DNA from: a virus
Lineage: Duplodnaviria > Heunggongvirae > Uroviricota > Caudoviricetes
Virus record (IMG/VR): IMGVR_UViG_3300046491_000064
Coordinates: 1 to 40,059 of that record
Reading direction: 5' to 3' (one strand)
Length of the DNA: 40,059 nucleotides
Below the pieces are notes generated by a model. The model saw nothing but the letters and a program-made list of their open reading frames with translations, had not been told where the DNA came from and searched no databases. Shown piece by piece: positions 14,581-22,780 of this stretch (the stretch's first letter is position 1; every line of letters begins with the position of its first letter). Both the position numbers and the translations under genes were made by a program.

Positions 14581-15056
14581 TTGGGCATTCCCTCATATAC
14601 TTGGTCAAGATGACCTCTGATTTCCATCCTGCGTAGTGCAGAATACATGTAAGCAGTTTCATTCACCTTACTTCCACTAAATGGAGCATCGAATACCCAC
14701 TGAGTGTTTCTAGGCCAACCCGTTGTTTTGTTCACTCTTCCCTTTTCACTGACTTCGAGTAAACCCCAACCGGTTGGAAGTTCGCTTACAGTGATTAATC
14801 CACGAGGAACCATCATAAATCGCCAGTCACCCATACCCATTGTTGGGTCTTTCCTGAATCGCTTCTTACGATCAGCTAGGAAGTCTGCACGGCTTGTCTT
14901 ACATTCAATCAAACAAGATGTACCATTCCTGAATCCCATTGCGTCAGGCTGTTCACCAGATGGTGTAAGAGCACGAAACTTATCATGAAAGGCAACACCG
15001 AAGCCATTCCGCTTCAAGAAACGATAGCCGATATCACAAAGTTCATCGTGCGTCAT
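14577..15056 (-). CDS. PD-(D/E)xK nuclease-fold protein (MmcB-like)
   Basis: EQPDAMG ... LIECKTSRADF..D..K motif. Confidence 0.75.
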   Translation of the reverse strand: MTHDELCDIGYRFLKRNGFGVAFHDKFRALTPSGEQPDAMGFRNGTSCLIECKTSRADFLADRKKRFRKDPTMGMGDWRFMMVPRGLITVSELPTGWGLLEVSEKGRVNKTTGWPRNTQWVFDAPFSGSKVNETAYMYSALRRMEIRGHLDQVYEGMPK

Positions 15057-15340
15057 GGGCAACAGAACTCATTCTTACCACAGTATGAATAATCCCGATT
15101 AAACTCAGACAAGTCACATGGTAGATCATAGTATTCTTGGCAGCTTCGGCATTTTACGTACACAGAACCTCTACTATCCGAAACTACCTGATCCATTTCT
15201 TCAATCTTTTGCTGTAGGTCTCTCACTTGCTTGCTCTCTTGGAACAAAGATGATGCCAAACCTGACACCAACATCTCTACATCGCCATTCGATAACCGAA
15301 AGCCTTCGAATAGTGCGTTAATATACTGTTGCTCGTTCAT
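15053..15340 (-). CDS. hypothetical protein with C-terminal Zn-ribbon-like Cys pattern (95 aa)
   Basis: CRSC ... YCGKNEFCC; coupled overlaps. Confidence 0.7.
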   Translation of the reverse strand: MNEQQYINALFEGFRLSNGDVEMLVSGLASSLFQESKQVRDLQQKIEEMDQVVSDSRGSVYVKCRSCQEYYDLPCDLSEFNRDYSYCGKNEFCCP

Positions 15341-15852
15341 CTTTTCTCCCTCAATAGTAATTCAAGCTCTTCTAGACTGTATTCATCCAAGTCAAGCTCT
15401 GACTGAAAGCCTTTACGTACAATGTTCACCATTCCCTTACCTGCTTTGTCGTTATCACCGATTCCAATCAGATTGAATGGCAGTGTATGCAACCAACTTC
15501 GCATTGGTTTTGGATTTGATGTCAGCAAGGCTAATGCATTATTGCCCAACATGTGTAAGGCGCTTGCCTTAAAGATTCCCTCGACAATGTACAGGTCTTT
15601 ATTACGGTAGTCAAGCGTTTCCAATCCCCAACAGGCATTCACACCTCGTGCTGAGTGTGTGAAGTACCTTCCATCTTTGGCATTGTTCGTCTTTTTACAG
15701 GTGACTGTTGATCGATATTGTTGGAAGCCAACAAATTGACCGGCAAGATTGCTCAAGTACACGGTCAGAACTTCATTCTCAAGATCAAGCACCTGATTGA
15801 CATAACGAGTTGGATCATACTTACGTGTAAGTAAGTGCTTAATCAAATCCAT
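15337..15852 (-). CDS. stand-alone primase-like Toprim protein (candidate Rad-type anti-retron)
   Basis: YIVEGIFKA and GIGDND Toprim motifs; no Zn finger or helicase domain. Confidence 0.75.
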   Translation of the reverse strand: MDLIKHLLTRKYDPTRYVNQVLDLENEVLTVYLSNLAGQFVGFQQYRSTVTCKKTNNAKDGRYFTHSARGVNACWGLETLDYRNKDLYIVEGIFKASALHMLGNNALALLTSNPKPMRSWLHTLPFNLIGIGDNDKAGKGMVNIVRKGFQSELDLDEYSLEELELLLREKR

Positions 15853-16131
15853 CTATCTCCCCTTTGGTGGTTGTGCTTTGTTATACTCATCCATATCTTT
15901 ATGCCACTTTTCCATGTTAATGGCATGGTGAACATATTCCTCATTGCAGCAACATTCTGTACAGACATATGTTGGTGGCACATCATGACCCGTGAGTGTG
16001 ATCTTCCAGACACTTACAAGCTTGAATTCGTAATGGCAGAATCGACATTGTACCCAGTTGAATACTGGCGTTACCTTTTTGATGATTAGTGGCGTACTAG
16101 CCACATTATTTTTGTCGCTTGCGCGTTTCAT
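15853..16131 (-). CDS. hypothetical Zn-finger protein (CRFC...CTEC)
   Basis: ATGA overlap, two CxxC pairs. Confidence 0.7.
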   Translation of the reverse strand: MKRASDKNNVASTPLIIKKVTPVFNWVQCRFCHYEFKLVSVWKITLTGHDVPPTYVCTECCCNEEYVHHAINMEKWHKDMDEYNKAQPPKGR

Positions 16132-16358
16132 CGGCGGTTACCCTTCTCACGCTTTGCCAATCCTTTCATTACCATCCCATGAATGGTACGAACACAGTAA
16201 TATGCAATACCTGCAAGGATGTAGAGTGGGGTAAGTTTAGGATCGAGCAAGCAAAGTACAATGATAACAAAAGTCACAATTAAGATTAGTGCTGTCACTA
16301 CCCAAGCTTGTTTGCGAATAGACAGGTTCTTGTAAGCATCTTTAATACGGTTAAACAT
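16128..16358 (-). CDS. small two-TM membrane protein
   Basis: Hydrophobic segments; TGATG overlap. Confidence 0.7.
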   Translation of the reverse strand: MFNRIKDAYKNLSIRKQAWVVTALILIVTFVIIVLCLLDPKLTPLYILAGIAYYCVRTIHGMVMKGLAKREKGNRR

Positions 16359-16741
16359 CAGTGCCAACTCCTAGTTTTGAAATGGGTTTGAAGAATATCA
16401 CACATGTCACGATAGATCAATGGGCTTTTCTCTTTCATCTTGGCTAGACCAGTACCTAGACCATCTGCCGGGAATACGAGTGTACGCATTTTACCTTGCG
16501 TATACAAGTCCCTGAGTGCATTTAATACGTGATTCCTCTCACAATCTTTATCATGGAAGAATGCACCCTCATGCATTGTCGGGAATCGCTTTGTTGGAAT
16601 TCCGAAAGCATTATTCTGATATCGGATGATAGCCTGACCACCAGTACCTGTACCTGCCAGATTGTCTCCGAAAATAAACAGCTTGTCAGGGTTGTCCGTA
16701 CAATCTTTTACACAATACCTGCTCATGTATTCAATATTCAT
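16358..16741 (-). CDS. conserved phage protein, possibly macrodomain-like (FIFGDNLAGTGTGGQA...AFGIPTK)
   Basis: Recognised FxFGxNxxGxxxxGxA family motif; fold assignment inferred. Confidence 0.6.
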   Translation of the reverse strand: MNIEYMSRYCVKDCTDNPDKLFIFGDNLAGTGTGGQAIIRYQNNAFGIPTKRFPTMHEGAFFHDKDCERNHVLNALRDLYTQGKMRTLVFPADGLGTGLAKMKEKSPLIYRDMCDILQTHFKTRSWH

Positions 16742-16755
16742 TAATTCTCCAGATA

Positions 16756-16781
16756 CAATAATGCCCCGACAGAGCGGGGCA
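16756..16781 (-). terminator. hairpin TGCCCCG/CGGGGCA, weak terminator
   Basis: Reverse complement nearly identical to terminator 34052. Confidence 0.5.
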
Positions 16782-16785
16782 GTTG

Positions 16786-16962
16786 TTATTCTTGAATGTC
16801 AGCTGCTCGTTGCCGTGCCTCGTGCCATGTTTCAAAGTGAGCCAGTGCGATTTGCTCATTGGTCAACTTGCTTACATCACGAATGAATCGTTTGAAGTTG
16901 TTGAACACGTTACGGTCTTGACCTTCCCCCTGTGTGATCTTGCTGATGTCTGGTGCTGCCAT
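16786..16962 (-). CDS. hypothetical protein (MAAPDISK..., 58 aa; not in ORF track)
   Basis: TAATG overlap, GAGGGA SD. Confidence 0.6.
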   Translation of the reverse strand: MAAPDISKITQGEGQDRNVFNNFKRFIRDVSKLTNEQIALAHFETWHEARQRAADIQE

Positions 16963-17156
16963 TATTGAAGTCCCTCACTTTGGTGGTATTCGATTGTGTA
17001 TGTCCCGTCTGACATCTTTGAAATGCCTACCATCTCTGGTTCACAGAACCGGATGAAATCAAGAGCTTGGTCGAGTGTATTGAAATCTCTCACCATCGCA
17101 TCTGGTCGGAAAACTTCAGTTACCTCGATTGTACCTTCAATTGATTCCACGACCAT
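16962..17156 (-). CDS. hypothetical protein (64 aa)
   Basis: GAGGGGAG SD. Confidence 0.65.
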   Translation of the reverse strand: MVVESIEGTIEVTEVFRPDAMVRDFNTLDQALDFIRFCEPEMVGISKMSDGTYTIEYHQSEGLQ

Positions 17157-17892
17157 TACTTACTCCCCTCATAAATTCAGAATTGATTTCGAATACGTTC
17201 AGCTTATCACGGAAAAAGCTACCAGCATCAGCAAATACCATGTTCCCCAGTTGTTCAACATCGCCACTATCTGTAGGCGTATGTCCAGCAAGAACGAAGT
17301 CAACGCCTGCCACTTGCTCTTTGAGTTGGTAATCATACCATGTCCGACTCCACTGTGCAACTGCCTGACCATTCCATTCAAGCTCCATAGGATCGATGTT
17401 TACGAACTTATCCCAATCCTTGTATGGAACTTCAGCGTGCACGATACCAGCTTTGCGTCCGTGTGGCAACAACAATTCGATACCGAGGGGCATACTTTTG
17501 AACATTTCACAGATTGCCTTGCTTTTTGCCTTATCCAGTGATAGTGCCCATGTTCCACCATTTGCAAGAAGACAGCGGACAGATCGGTTCTGTTGGAACC
17601 AACCACTCATTTCTGCATCAATGAACATTTGTTCGTGATTACCACGAGCGCTGAAAATCCAATCTGATTCAAGGAAGTCTAGCACATGCTTGCTGTCTGG
17701 TCCACGGTCAGTCCAATCACCAGCCGACAACAGAATGTCTGTCTTCGAGTTAAATGCTAGGTCTGACAACCCTTCCATCAAAAGGTCATAATAACCATGT
17801 GTGTCGGTAGCGAAAAACACGCGACCTTTGAATTCTCGTAAATCGAGTTGCTGAATGTGATTGCAGCTACCGATCCTTACCTGCTTGAGCAT
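17137..17892 (-). CDS. serine/threonine protein phosphatase (calcineurin-like metallophosphoesterase, lambda NinI/PphA type)
   Basis: DTHG, GDWTDRGP, RGNHE, VHAE and GHTP motifs. Confidence 0.92.
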   Translation of the reverse strand: MLKQVRIGSCNHIQQLDLREFKGRVFFATDTHGYYDLLMEGLSDLAFNSKTDILLSAGDWTDRGPDSKHVLDFLESDWIFSARGNHEQMFIDAEMSGWFQQNRSVRCLLANGGTWALSLDKAKSKAICEMFKSMPLGIELLLPHGRKAGIVHAEVPYKDWDKFVNIDPMELEWNGQAVAQWSRTWYDYQLKEQVAGVDFVLAGHTPTDSGDVEQLGNMVFADAGSFFRDKLNVFEINSEFMRGVSNGRGIN

Positions 17893-18029
17893 TTCATATC
17901 CTCTGCTAATTTGGGAAACTCAAGTTTGAACTTTTCCCATGATTGAATCCACTCATGTGTACGAATGGCGTTTTGACGCATCTCTTCGATTGTTGGTGTA
18001 GGTGGTATAAGCTTAATCTGCGTAAGCAT
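17877..18029 (-). CDS. hypothetical protein (MLTQIKL..., 50 aa)
   Basis: Fills the gap between SLOG and phosphatase genes. Confidence 0.45.
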   Translation of the reverse strand: MLTQIKLIPPTPTIEEMRQNAIRTHEWIQSWEKFKLEFPKLAEDMKCSSR

Positions 18030-18543
18030 TTACAATCTCCATAATTTGTTCTGGTGTATGGTTACGATCAACACCATCTTCGAACCGCATTTTGTAGCCA
18101 GCGGGCCACATACCTTCGCATTCGATACCAATCTTAGCCGCTGCAATAAGTCCAGCAAGATCAGCACCTGTCTGACCTCCTGAAACTACTTTATCCAGCT
18201 TCCAGTGCTGGTCTACCTGATGCAACACTCGTCGCACATAGTCATTCATCATAACCTGAGTGATTTCGTATTTAGTAAGTGTGTAAATACCATTACCTGC
18301 AACGTTAACCACACGACTGTCATGTTTACGAAGCATGGCGAATAACTGTCGAGCACCTGCGAGCCATTCTTCAGCGAAGTTCTTTGCATCAATGTGAACG
18401 ATCTTACCAGCGGCAGCTTTGGTTGTCAACTTTTCACCAGCAGTGGTGAAGTCGGCTGCAATAGCCAACGTTACACCCTGCGAAGCATTATGGTAAGTCC
18501 GTGGTGCATAACTACTGCTCTTATGTTCACGGATTTTAATCAT
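18013..18543 (-). CDS. SLOG-superfamily protein (cpYpsA / MoCo-carrier-like), halves swapped
   Basis: YAPRTYHN...TLAIA..F...GEKLT at N-terminus, VVNVAGN, and KVVSGGQTGAD near C-terminus. Confidence 0.8.
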   Translation of the reverse strand: MIKIREHKSSSYAPRTYHNASQGVTLAIAADFTTAGEKLTTKAAAGKIVHIDAKNFAEEWLAGARQLFAMLRKHDSRVVNVAGNGIYTLTKYEITQVMMNDYVRRVLHQVDQHWKLDKVVSGGQTGADLAGLIAAAKIGIECEGMWPAGYKMRFEDGVDRNHTPEQIMEIVNAYAD

Positions 18544-19766
18544 TCCAATGGTTTCCCATCAGCATCACATTCACGAATCAGCTTTCCTGCCGGAAATTGG
18601 GGTTTCAAGGTCTTCTTGTATCGAGACTGGAATGAAACAGTCATGTACTGACCGGCAAAGTCGTCATCGGCAACAGCTAACCGCCAGCTATAATCACCAA
18701 GTACACAGTTGAACTCGTTGTCTGTGATGTTGTTCTGCATGGTGAATACGACATAACCTTGTTTGTCTTTGGTTGTACCGTTGATGCGGAATTCCTCATC
18801 GATCATCTCTTTGTACTTCCACAGTTCAGTCGAGCGTTTACCGCTTTCATACTCACCGTGTGAAGTGCGATACATGATGCCTTCATAGCCACGACTTACT
18901 GCGTCTTTGTGCAGCTTACGCAGACTGTCCATGCAGTTTGCAAAACCGTAAGGTACAAGAACAACCTTGCCACCTTGTTTGAACTTTGCACTGTAGGCAG
19001 TCAGGTTATTCAACCGCTGTGCAAATGGTACATCAAATTCGATGATATCGAATACTCGGAACTCAAGCTTTGGTCGAATCTCAAGGATCAATTGAGCCTG
19101 TTCAACTTCAGCTGCTTTCTTTTCTTCTTTGTCTGTACCGATTGCCTTCTTGTGAGCCTTGATTGCTGCTTCAAGTTTCTTTTCAGGGTCAGTACGCTTT
19201 ACTGCCGAATTGATATCTTGCAACACTGGACCATGAACATACAGTTCACCGTCAAGAATGTCACCAACTTCCATGATTGTAAGAAGCTCAGCCTCGATAT
19301 GAGGCACGCTGTGATCCTGCCCGGTACGTGTCTTCAAAAGAACTTGTTTAACGCCTTGTACGAGCTTACAGAAGGCGAGACAGCGTATCCCATCGAGCTT
19401 GTCACTTACATATACACCTTCTTCGACAAGTTCTTCTTTTCCGTCTTTCTGGTGGTTACTTGCAAGCATAGCCAGAATAGGAAGATCATCAAGCTCTTCC
19501 TTAGTTGTGCGATAGTTCTTGTCAAGTTGAGTTTTCACCCGACTCTCACACTGAAACACCGCTTGTTCATAAGGTGTGCGGCCTTGCTTACCTTCATTCA
19601 CGTATTCAGTCTTTGATGTAAGCTTGCCACCTTCCTGACCGTGAGTGATAGTGAACCCTGCACCGTCTTTATCAAGGTCACCGCCGTGTACATGGAATGC
19701 TCCAATGTTCCACACTTTGTATGTGCCGTTCTTGTTAAGACCGAACAGTTTTACTTCATAGTTCAT
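18540..19766 (-). CDS. lig: ATP-dependent DNA ligase with WGR-like N-terminus
   Basis: KLDGIR (I), LDGELY (III), FRVFDI (IIIa), EGIMYR (IV), WKYK (V); start at ATG 19766 with GGAG SD. Confidence 0.93.
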   Translation of the reverse strand: MNYEVKLFGLNKNGTYKVWNIGAFHVHGGDLDKDGAGFTITHGQEGGKLTSKTEYVNEGKQGRTPYEQAVFQCESRVKTQLDKNYRTTKEELDDLPILAMLASNHQKDGKEELVEEGVYVSDKLDGIRCLAFCKLVQGVKQVLLKTRTGQDHSVPHIEAELLTIMEVGDILDGELYVHGPVLQDINSAVKRTDPEKKLEAAIKAHKKAIGTDKEEKKAAEVEQAQLILEIRPKLEFRVFDIIEFDVPFAQRLNNLTAYSAKFKQGGKVVLVPYGFANCMDSLRKLHKDAVSRGYEGIMYRTSHGEYESGKRSTELWKYKEMIDEEFRINGTTKDKQGYVVFTMQNNITDNEFNCVLGDYSWRLAVADDDFAGQYMTVSFQSRYKKTLKPQFPAGKLIRECDADGKPLE

Positions 19767-20016
19767 TGATTTTCTCCATTTCGACGGTGTACATAGTATG
19801 TGATGTGTCACTATACACAAACTTCAGACGATAGTCACTAATTTTCAGAAAAGGATTTTGCAGAATCCACTGACAGACGTATGCTTCCTGATTGGTTACA
19901 AGGAAATTGCGTGCCTGCTCCTGAATCTGCACACGCATGTCATTAATCTGCTCTTCTGTCAATTCATCAATGAGTTTTTGCTTTGTGTCATTGATTACAG
20001 CATCCACATTAATCAT
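19756..20016 (-). CDS. hypothetical protein (86 aa)
   Basis: Operon context. Confidence 0.7.
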   Translation of the reverse strand: MINVDAVINDTKQKLIDELTEEQINDMRVQIQEQARNFLVTNQEAYVCQWILQNPFLKISDYRLKFVYSDTSHTMYTVEMEKINEL

Positions 20017-20227
20017 GAGTCACCAAGTATTCGAAGTCTTTGTCGAAGAGTGCTGTCGTATACGAATACTCGCATTCTGCAACAGGTACTTTACGAATAT
20101 AGCCATTGTCAGGACCATGCTTACCTGAGATGTAACCTGAGAAACCTTCAACGTGAATGATGTCACCTTGTTTGTTGTGGAATGTCAGTGACGCATCACC
20201 ATAAATCTTAGTTACAATTACCCGCAT
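20009..20227 (-). CDS. hypothetical protein (72 aa)
   Basis: GAGGTG SD. Confidence 0.7.
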   Translation of the reverse strand: MRVIVTKIYGDASLTFHNKQGDIIHVEGFSGYISGKHGPDNGYIRKVPVAECEYSYTTALFDKDFEYLVTHD

Positions 20228-20651
20228 TGTTCACCTCGTATTGTTCAACGTGAATGCCTTTTCGGCGTAGGAAATCAATACCATCAGTCATTCGGTATTG
20301 TTCGTCATAGAATACAGCACTTACACCTGCTTGGTAAAGCAATTTCGCACAAGGGAGACAAGGACTTAGTGTCAATACAACATTGCTGCATTTAAGGCTT
20401 ACACCTTCTCGTGCTGCCTTTGCTACCAAGTTGCTTTCACAGTGAAGCACTTCTGGATGAGTGATAAGCTCACCATTGATTTCGATTTCACATTCGTTAT
20501 CGTCTTGTGCTGGTCTGCCGTTCCATGAATACACCATTACATCTTGAGGGGTAATTGCTACCCCTCCCACTTTCTTGCGAACTGCACGAGAAAGCTTTGA
20601 GAATGCATATGCCGATTCCATGTACGGTTTCAACATCTTATGTCTGATCAT
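20208..20651 (-). CDS. dCMP deaminase (CMP/dCMP deaminase family)
   Basis: HCE...N and SPCLPC zinc-binding motifs. Confidence 0.9.
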   Translation of the reverse strand: MIRHKMLKPYMESAYAFSKLSRAVRKKVGGVAITPQDVMVYSWNGRPAQDDNECEIEINGELITHPEVLHCESNLVAKAAREGVSLKCSNVVLTLSPCLPCAKLLYQAGVSAVFYDEQYRMTDGIDFLRRKGIHVEQYEVNNAGNCN

Positions 20652-21091
20652 TAGACACCAATAAAGAAGCGATAGTGTTGGAAGTCACGCTTACTCATGA
20701 ATTCAACCTTATCGGATTGAACTTGTACACCGAGTTTCTTGCTGAACGACAGCTTCACACGTTTGACAATCTTGGTAGTGCCTGCAAACAGATCAATAAT
20801 CGCATCTTCGTTCTTGATCACATATTCTTGGAACGATGTGTTTGGTTCTACACGAATGTTCTCGAAAGTGGTTTCAGCAAGTTCGTTGTGCATCTTGATT
20901 GCTGAAAGTACGGACACTCGACGTTTACCTGTGCTTGCAAATCGAGGTTGAACAAAAGCAGCCAACCCGATATTGAAATCGTACAGTGGTTCATACCCGC
21001 GTGCAGCCATGAAGTTGACTACCGACAGTTCTTGCAGTTCTTGAGTACCAGATACCTTATCGAAAGTATCAACACCAGCTTTGTAAGTCAT
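20651..21091 (-). CDS. conserved hypothetical protein (146 aa)
   Basis: AAGGAG SD, TAATG overlap. Confidence 0.8.
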   Translation of the reverse strand: MTYKAGVDTFDKVSGTQELQELSVVNFMAARGYEPLYDFNIGLAAFVQPRFASTGKRRVSVLSAIKMHNELAETTFENIRVEPNTSFQEYVIKNEDAIIDLFAGTTKIVKRVKLSFSKKLGVQVQSDKVEFMSKRDFQHYRFFIGV

Positions 21092-21105
21092 TTATTTCTC
21101 CTTTA

Positions 21106-21393
21106 TTAACGTTTCTGTTGTCCGCGTCTGGTAGCAGTACCAGTGCAGCTAAGACCGCCTGACTCCAAACGACTTTTGGTCTTTTCTGTCTTGGAAGGGA
21201 TAACTGTATACTTCCCTTTCCCGTATTGCTCATTTACATATGCTTGTGCAGAGAGCCTGTCGGATGTCTTCATAAAGATGTAGTTACCTTTAGCATCTCG
21301 AATGTAGTAACTACCGTATGGGATAAAGTCTGGACTTGTGAATTCTTTGAACTCTACCACAACTGTTTTCATTTCTTTCTTCTTTTCAGCCAT
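21106..21393 (-). CDS. basic hypothetical protein (95 aa)
   Basis: Operon context. Confidence 0.75.
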   Translation of the reverse strand: MAEKKKEMKTVVVEFKEFTSPDFIPYGSYYIRDAKGNYIFMKTSDRLSAQAYVNEQYGKGKYTVIPSKTEKTKSRLESGGLSCTGTATRRGQQKR

Positions 21394-21396
21394 ACT

Positions 21397-21600
21397 TTAC
21401 ACAAACTCCTTACGCATTGTTTGCAGCATATCAATCGTTTTGTCAATATCATCTTTCTTCAGAGTAAGATGAGCACAGCGACCTTCGGCGTCCTCCCAAC
21501 AAGTAAGAACAATGAAGGAATTTCTCTCTGGTGATTTGGTTGGGTAATACCTTGCGGTGATATCGTCATCATTCGACAGGTCTACTTCAATAGTAATCAT
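21397..21600 (-). CDS. hypothetical protein (MITIEVD..., 67 aa)
   Basis: GGAGG SD at ATG 21600. Confidence 0.65.
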   Translation of the reverse strand: MITIEVDLSNDDDITARYYPTKSPERNSFIVLTCWEDAEGRCAHLTLKKDDIDKTIDMLQTMRKEFV

Positions 21601-21721
21601 ATTCGATATCCTCCGGGTAATATGGTGGCTCATCATCCCAATCGGTAAATCCATCATCTTCATGTTCTTCGCTGTAGAACTCTTGGTAAGGCTCTTCAAG
21701 CCAGCGATCATAATCACTCAT
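21587..21721 (-). CDS. acidic and aromatic peptide (44 aa, 18 D/E; not in ORF track)
   Basis: TAATG overlap with upstream ORF. Confidence 0.55.
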   Translation of the reverse strand: MSDYDRWLEEPYQEFYSEEHEDDGFTDWDDEPPYYPEDIEYDYY

Positions 21722-21885
21722 TACAGCACTTCCAGAATAAGCTTGTCCAGATCATCCTTATCGGTATTAGGAAGATTGTACAGCATCTCACGGATATCAG
21801 GCTTCAGCATTTCAAGTTCGTGATGAGCATAACCTAGACGTTTTGCTTGGTCAGTGATGTACTCAATTGCTTCGTTCATTTTCAT
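21721..21885 (-). CDS. hypothetical protein (MKMNEAIE..., 54 aa; not in ORF track)
   Basis: GAGGA SD. Confidence 0.6.
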   Translation of the reverse strand: MKMNEAIEYITDQAKRLGYAHHELEMLKPDIREMLYNLPNTDKDDLDKLILEVL

Positions 21886-21887
21886 AC

Positions 21888-22124
21888 TTATTCCTCTTCC
21901 CGTGCAGAGTCGATAGCTGCATTAATCTTGTATCGAATATTATCCTCATCAATCATTACACCTGATGCACAGAATGTTTCAATATCGTTCACATACAAAT
22001 ATGCGAAGTCTTCCACGTCTGAAATCTCTGAGAGCATGTGTTCGAATGTACCGTGACCAAGATAGAGATACGTGTCACAAGATTCAGAGTTGAATGAAAC
22101 AGCCATCGTGAATTGGAAGTCCAT
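21888..22124 (-). CDS. acidic hypothetical protein (78 aa)
   Basis: TAATG overlap. Confidence 0.7.
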   Translation of the reverse strand: MDFQFTMAVSFNSESCDTYLYLGHGTFEHMLSEISDVEDFAYLYVNDIETFCASGVMIDEDNIRYKINAAIDSAREEE

Positions 22125-22375
22125 TACTCGTCACCAACATTTACAACATAGTTAGCGTTAAGAATAGCTTCGAGTCGTTCGCTAACTTCAAAACCGGTTT
22201 CTTCAGTTTCACCATCAACAAAGACAAAGATGTCGAGGATTGTACCGTCTTCAGGTTTAAAATCTGTAGCCATCTGTCTAACGATGTCTTCGTACACGGC
22301 AATTTCGTTATCACCATTTGCAACGCCAAGGTATGTGTTATTGGTAAGAGTTACGTGGTATGCAGCAATCATCAT
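22124..22375 (-). CDS. acidic hypothetical protein (MMIAAY..., 83 aa)
   Basis: AAGGAG SD at ATG 22375. Confidence 0.7.
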   Translation of the reverse strand: MMIAAYHVTLTNNTYLGVANGDNEIAVYEDIVRQMATDFKPEDGTILDIFVFVDGETEETGFEVSERLEAILNANYVVNVGDE

Positions 22376-22385
22376 ATTGTTCTCC

Positions 22386-22496
22386 TTAGTGGATTGTTTT
22401 ACTTGGTGCTTCTTGTTTAACCACAACGTCATCGAAGTGAGGGAACTTGAAAGCAGGAGTGTATTGTACAGGGTGTTTGCTGGTTTGCATAGTCAT
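22386..22496 (-). CDS. small ORF (MTMQTSKH..., 36 aa)
   Basis: AGGAG SD, ATGA overlap. Confidence 0.45.
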   Translation of the reverse strand: MTMQTSKHPVQYTPAFKFPHFDDVVVKQEAPSKTIH

Positions 22497-22780
22497 TTTA
22501 AGTCTCCTAGTGCAGATTCAACACATTCAGTCCAGTGACCGCCACCATTATAGTGATAGGTCTCGAAGTCAATGCTTCCATCGTCATTCAGTTTTACACG
22601 CTGGAAACCGTAAAGCTGTTCTCTTTTGTTCTGCCATTCAACTTGATAGATTTCACCGTCAATAGATACGAGTCCGTTATCATGCAGAAGATCATCTAGT
22701 TCATCCGGGTTCTCACTGTAAATCTCTGGATCGATACCTGTAGGGATAAGACGACCTCGATTGTATTCCATATCACTCAC
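22493..22780 (-). CDS. hypothetical protein (95 aa)
   Basis: GTGA overlap. Confidence 0.75.
   Translation of the reverse strand: MSDMEYNRGRLIPTGIDPEIYSENPDELDDLLHDNGLVSIDGEIYQVEWQNKREQLYGFQRVKLNDDGSIDFETYHYNGGGHWTECVESALGDLK

Noticed and set aside
14577-15056. Adenylosuccinate synthase, a label sometimes attached to similar proteins
   Set aside because: Far too short and lacks PurA motifs; PD-(D/E)xK residues fit a nuclease fold.
15337-15852. Replicative DNA primase
   Set aside because: Only 171 aa with no Zn-binding or helicase domain and outside a replication module; kept as a Toprim protein of uncertain role.
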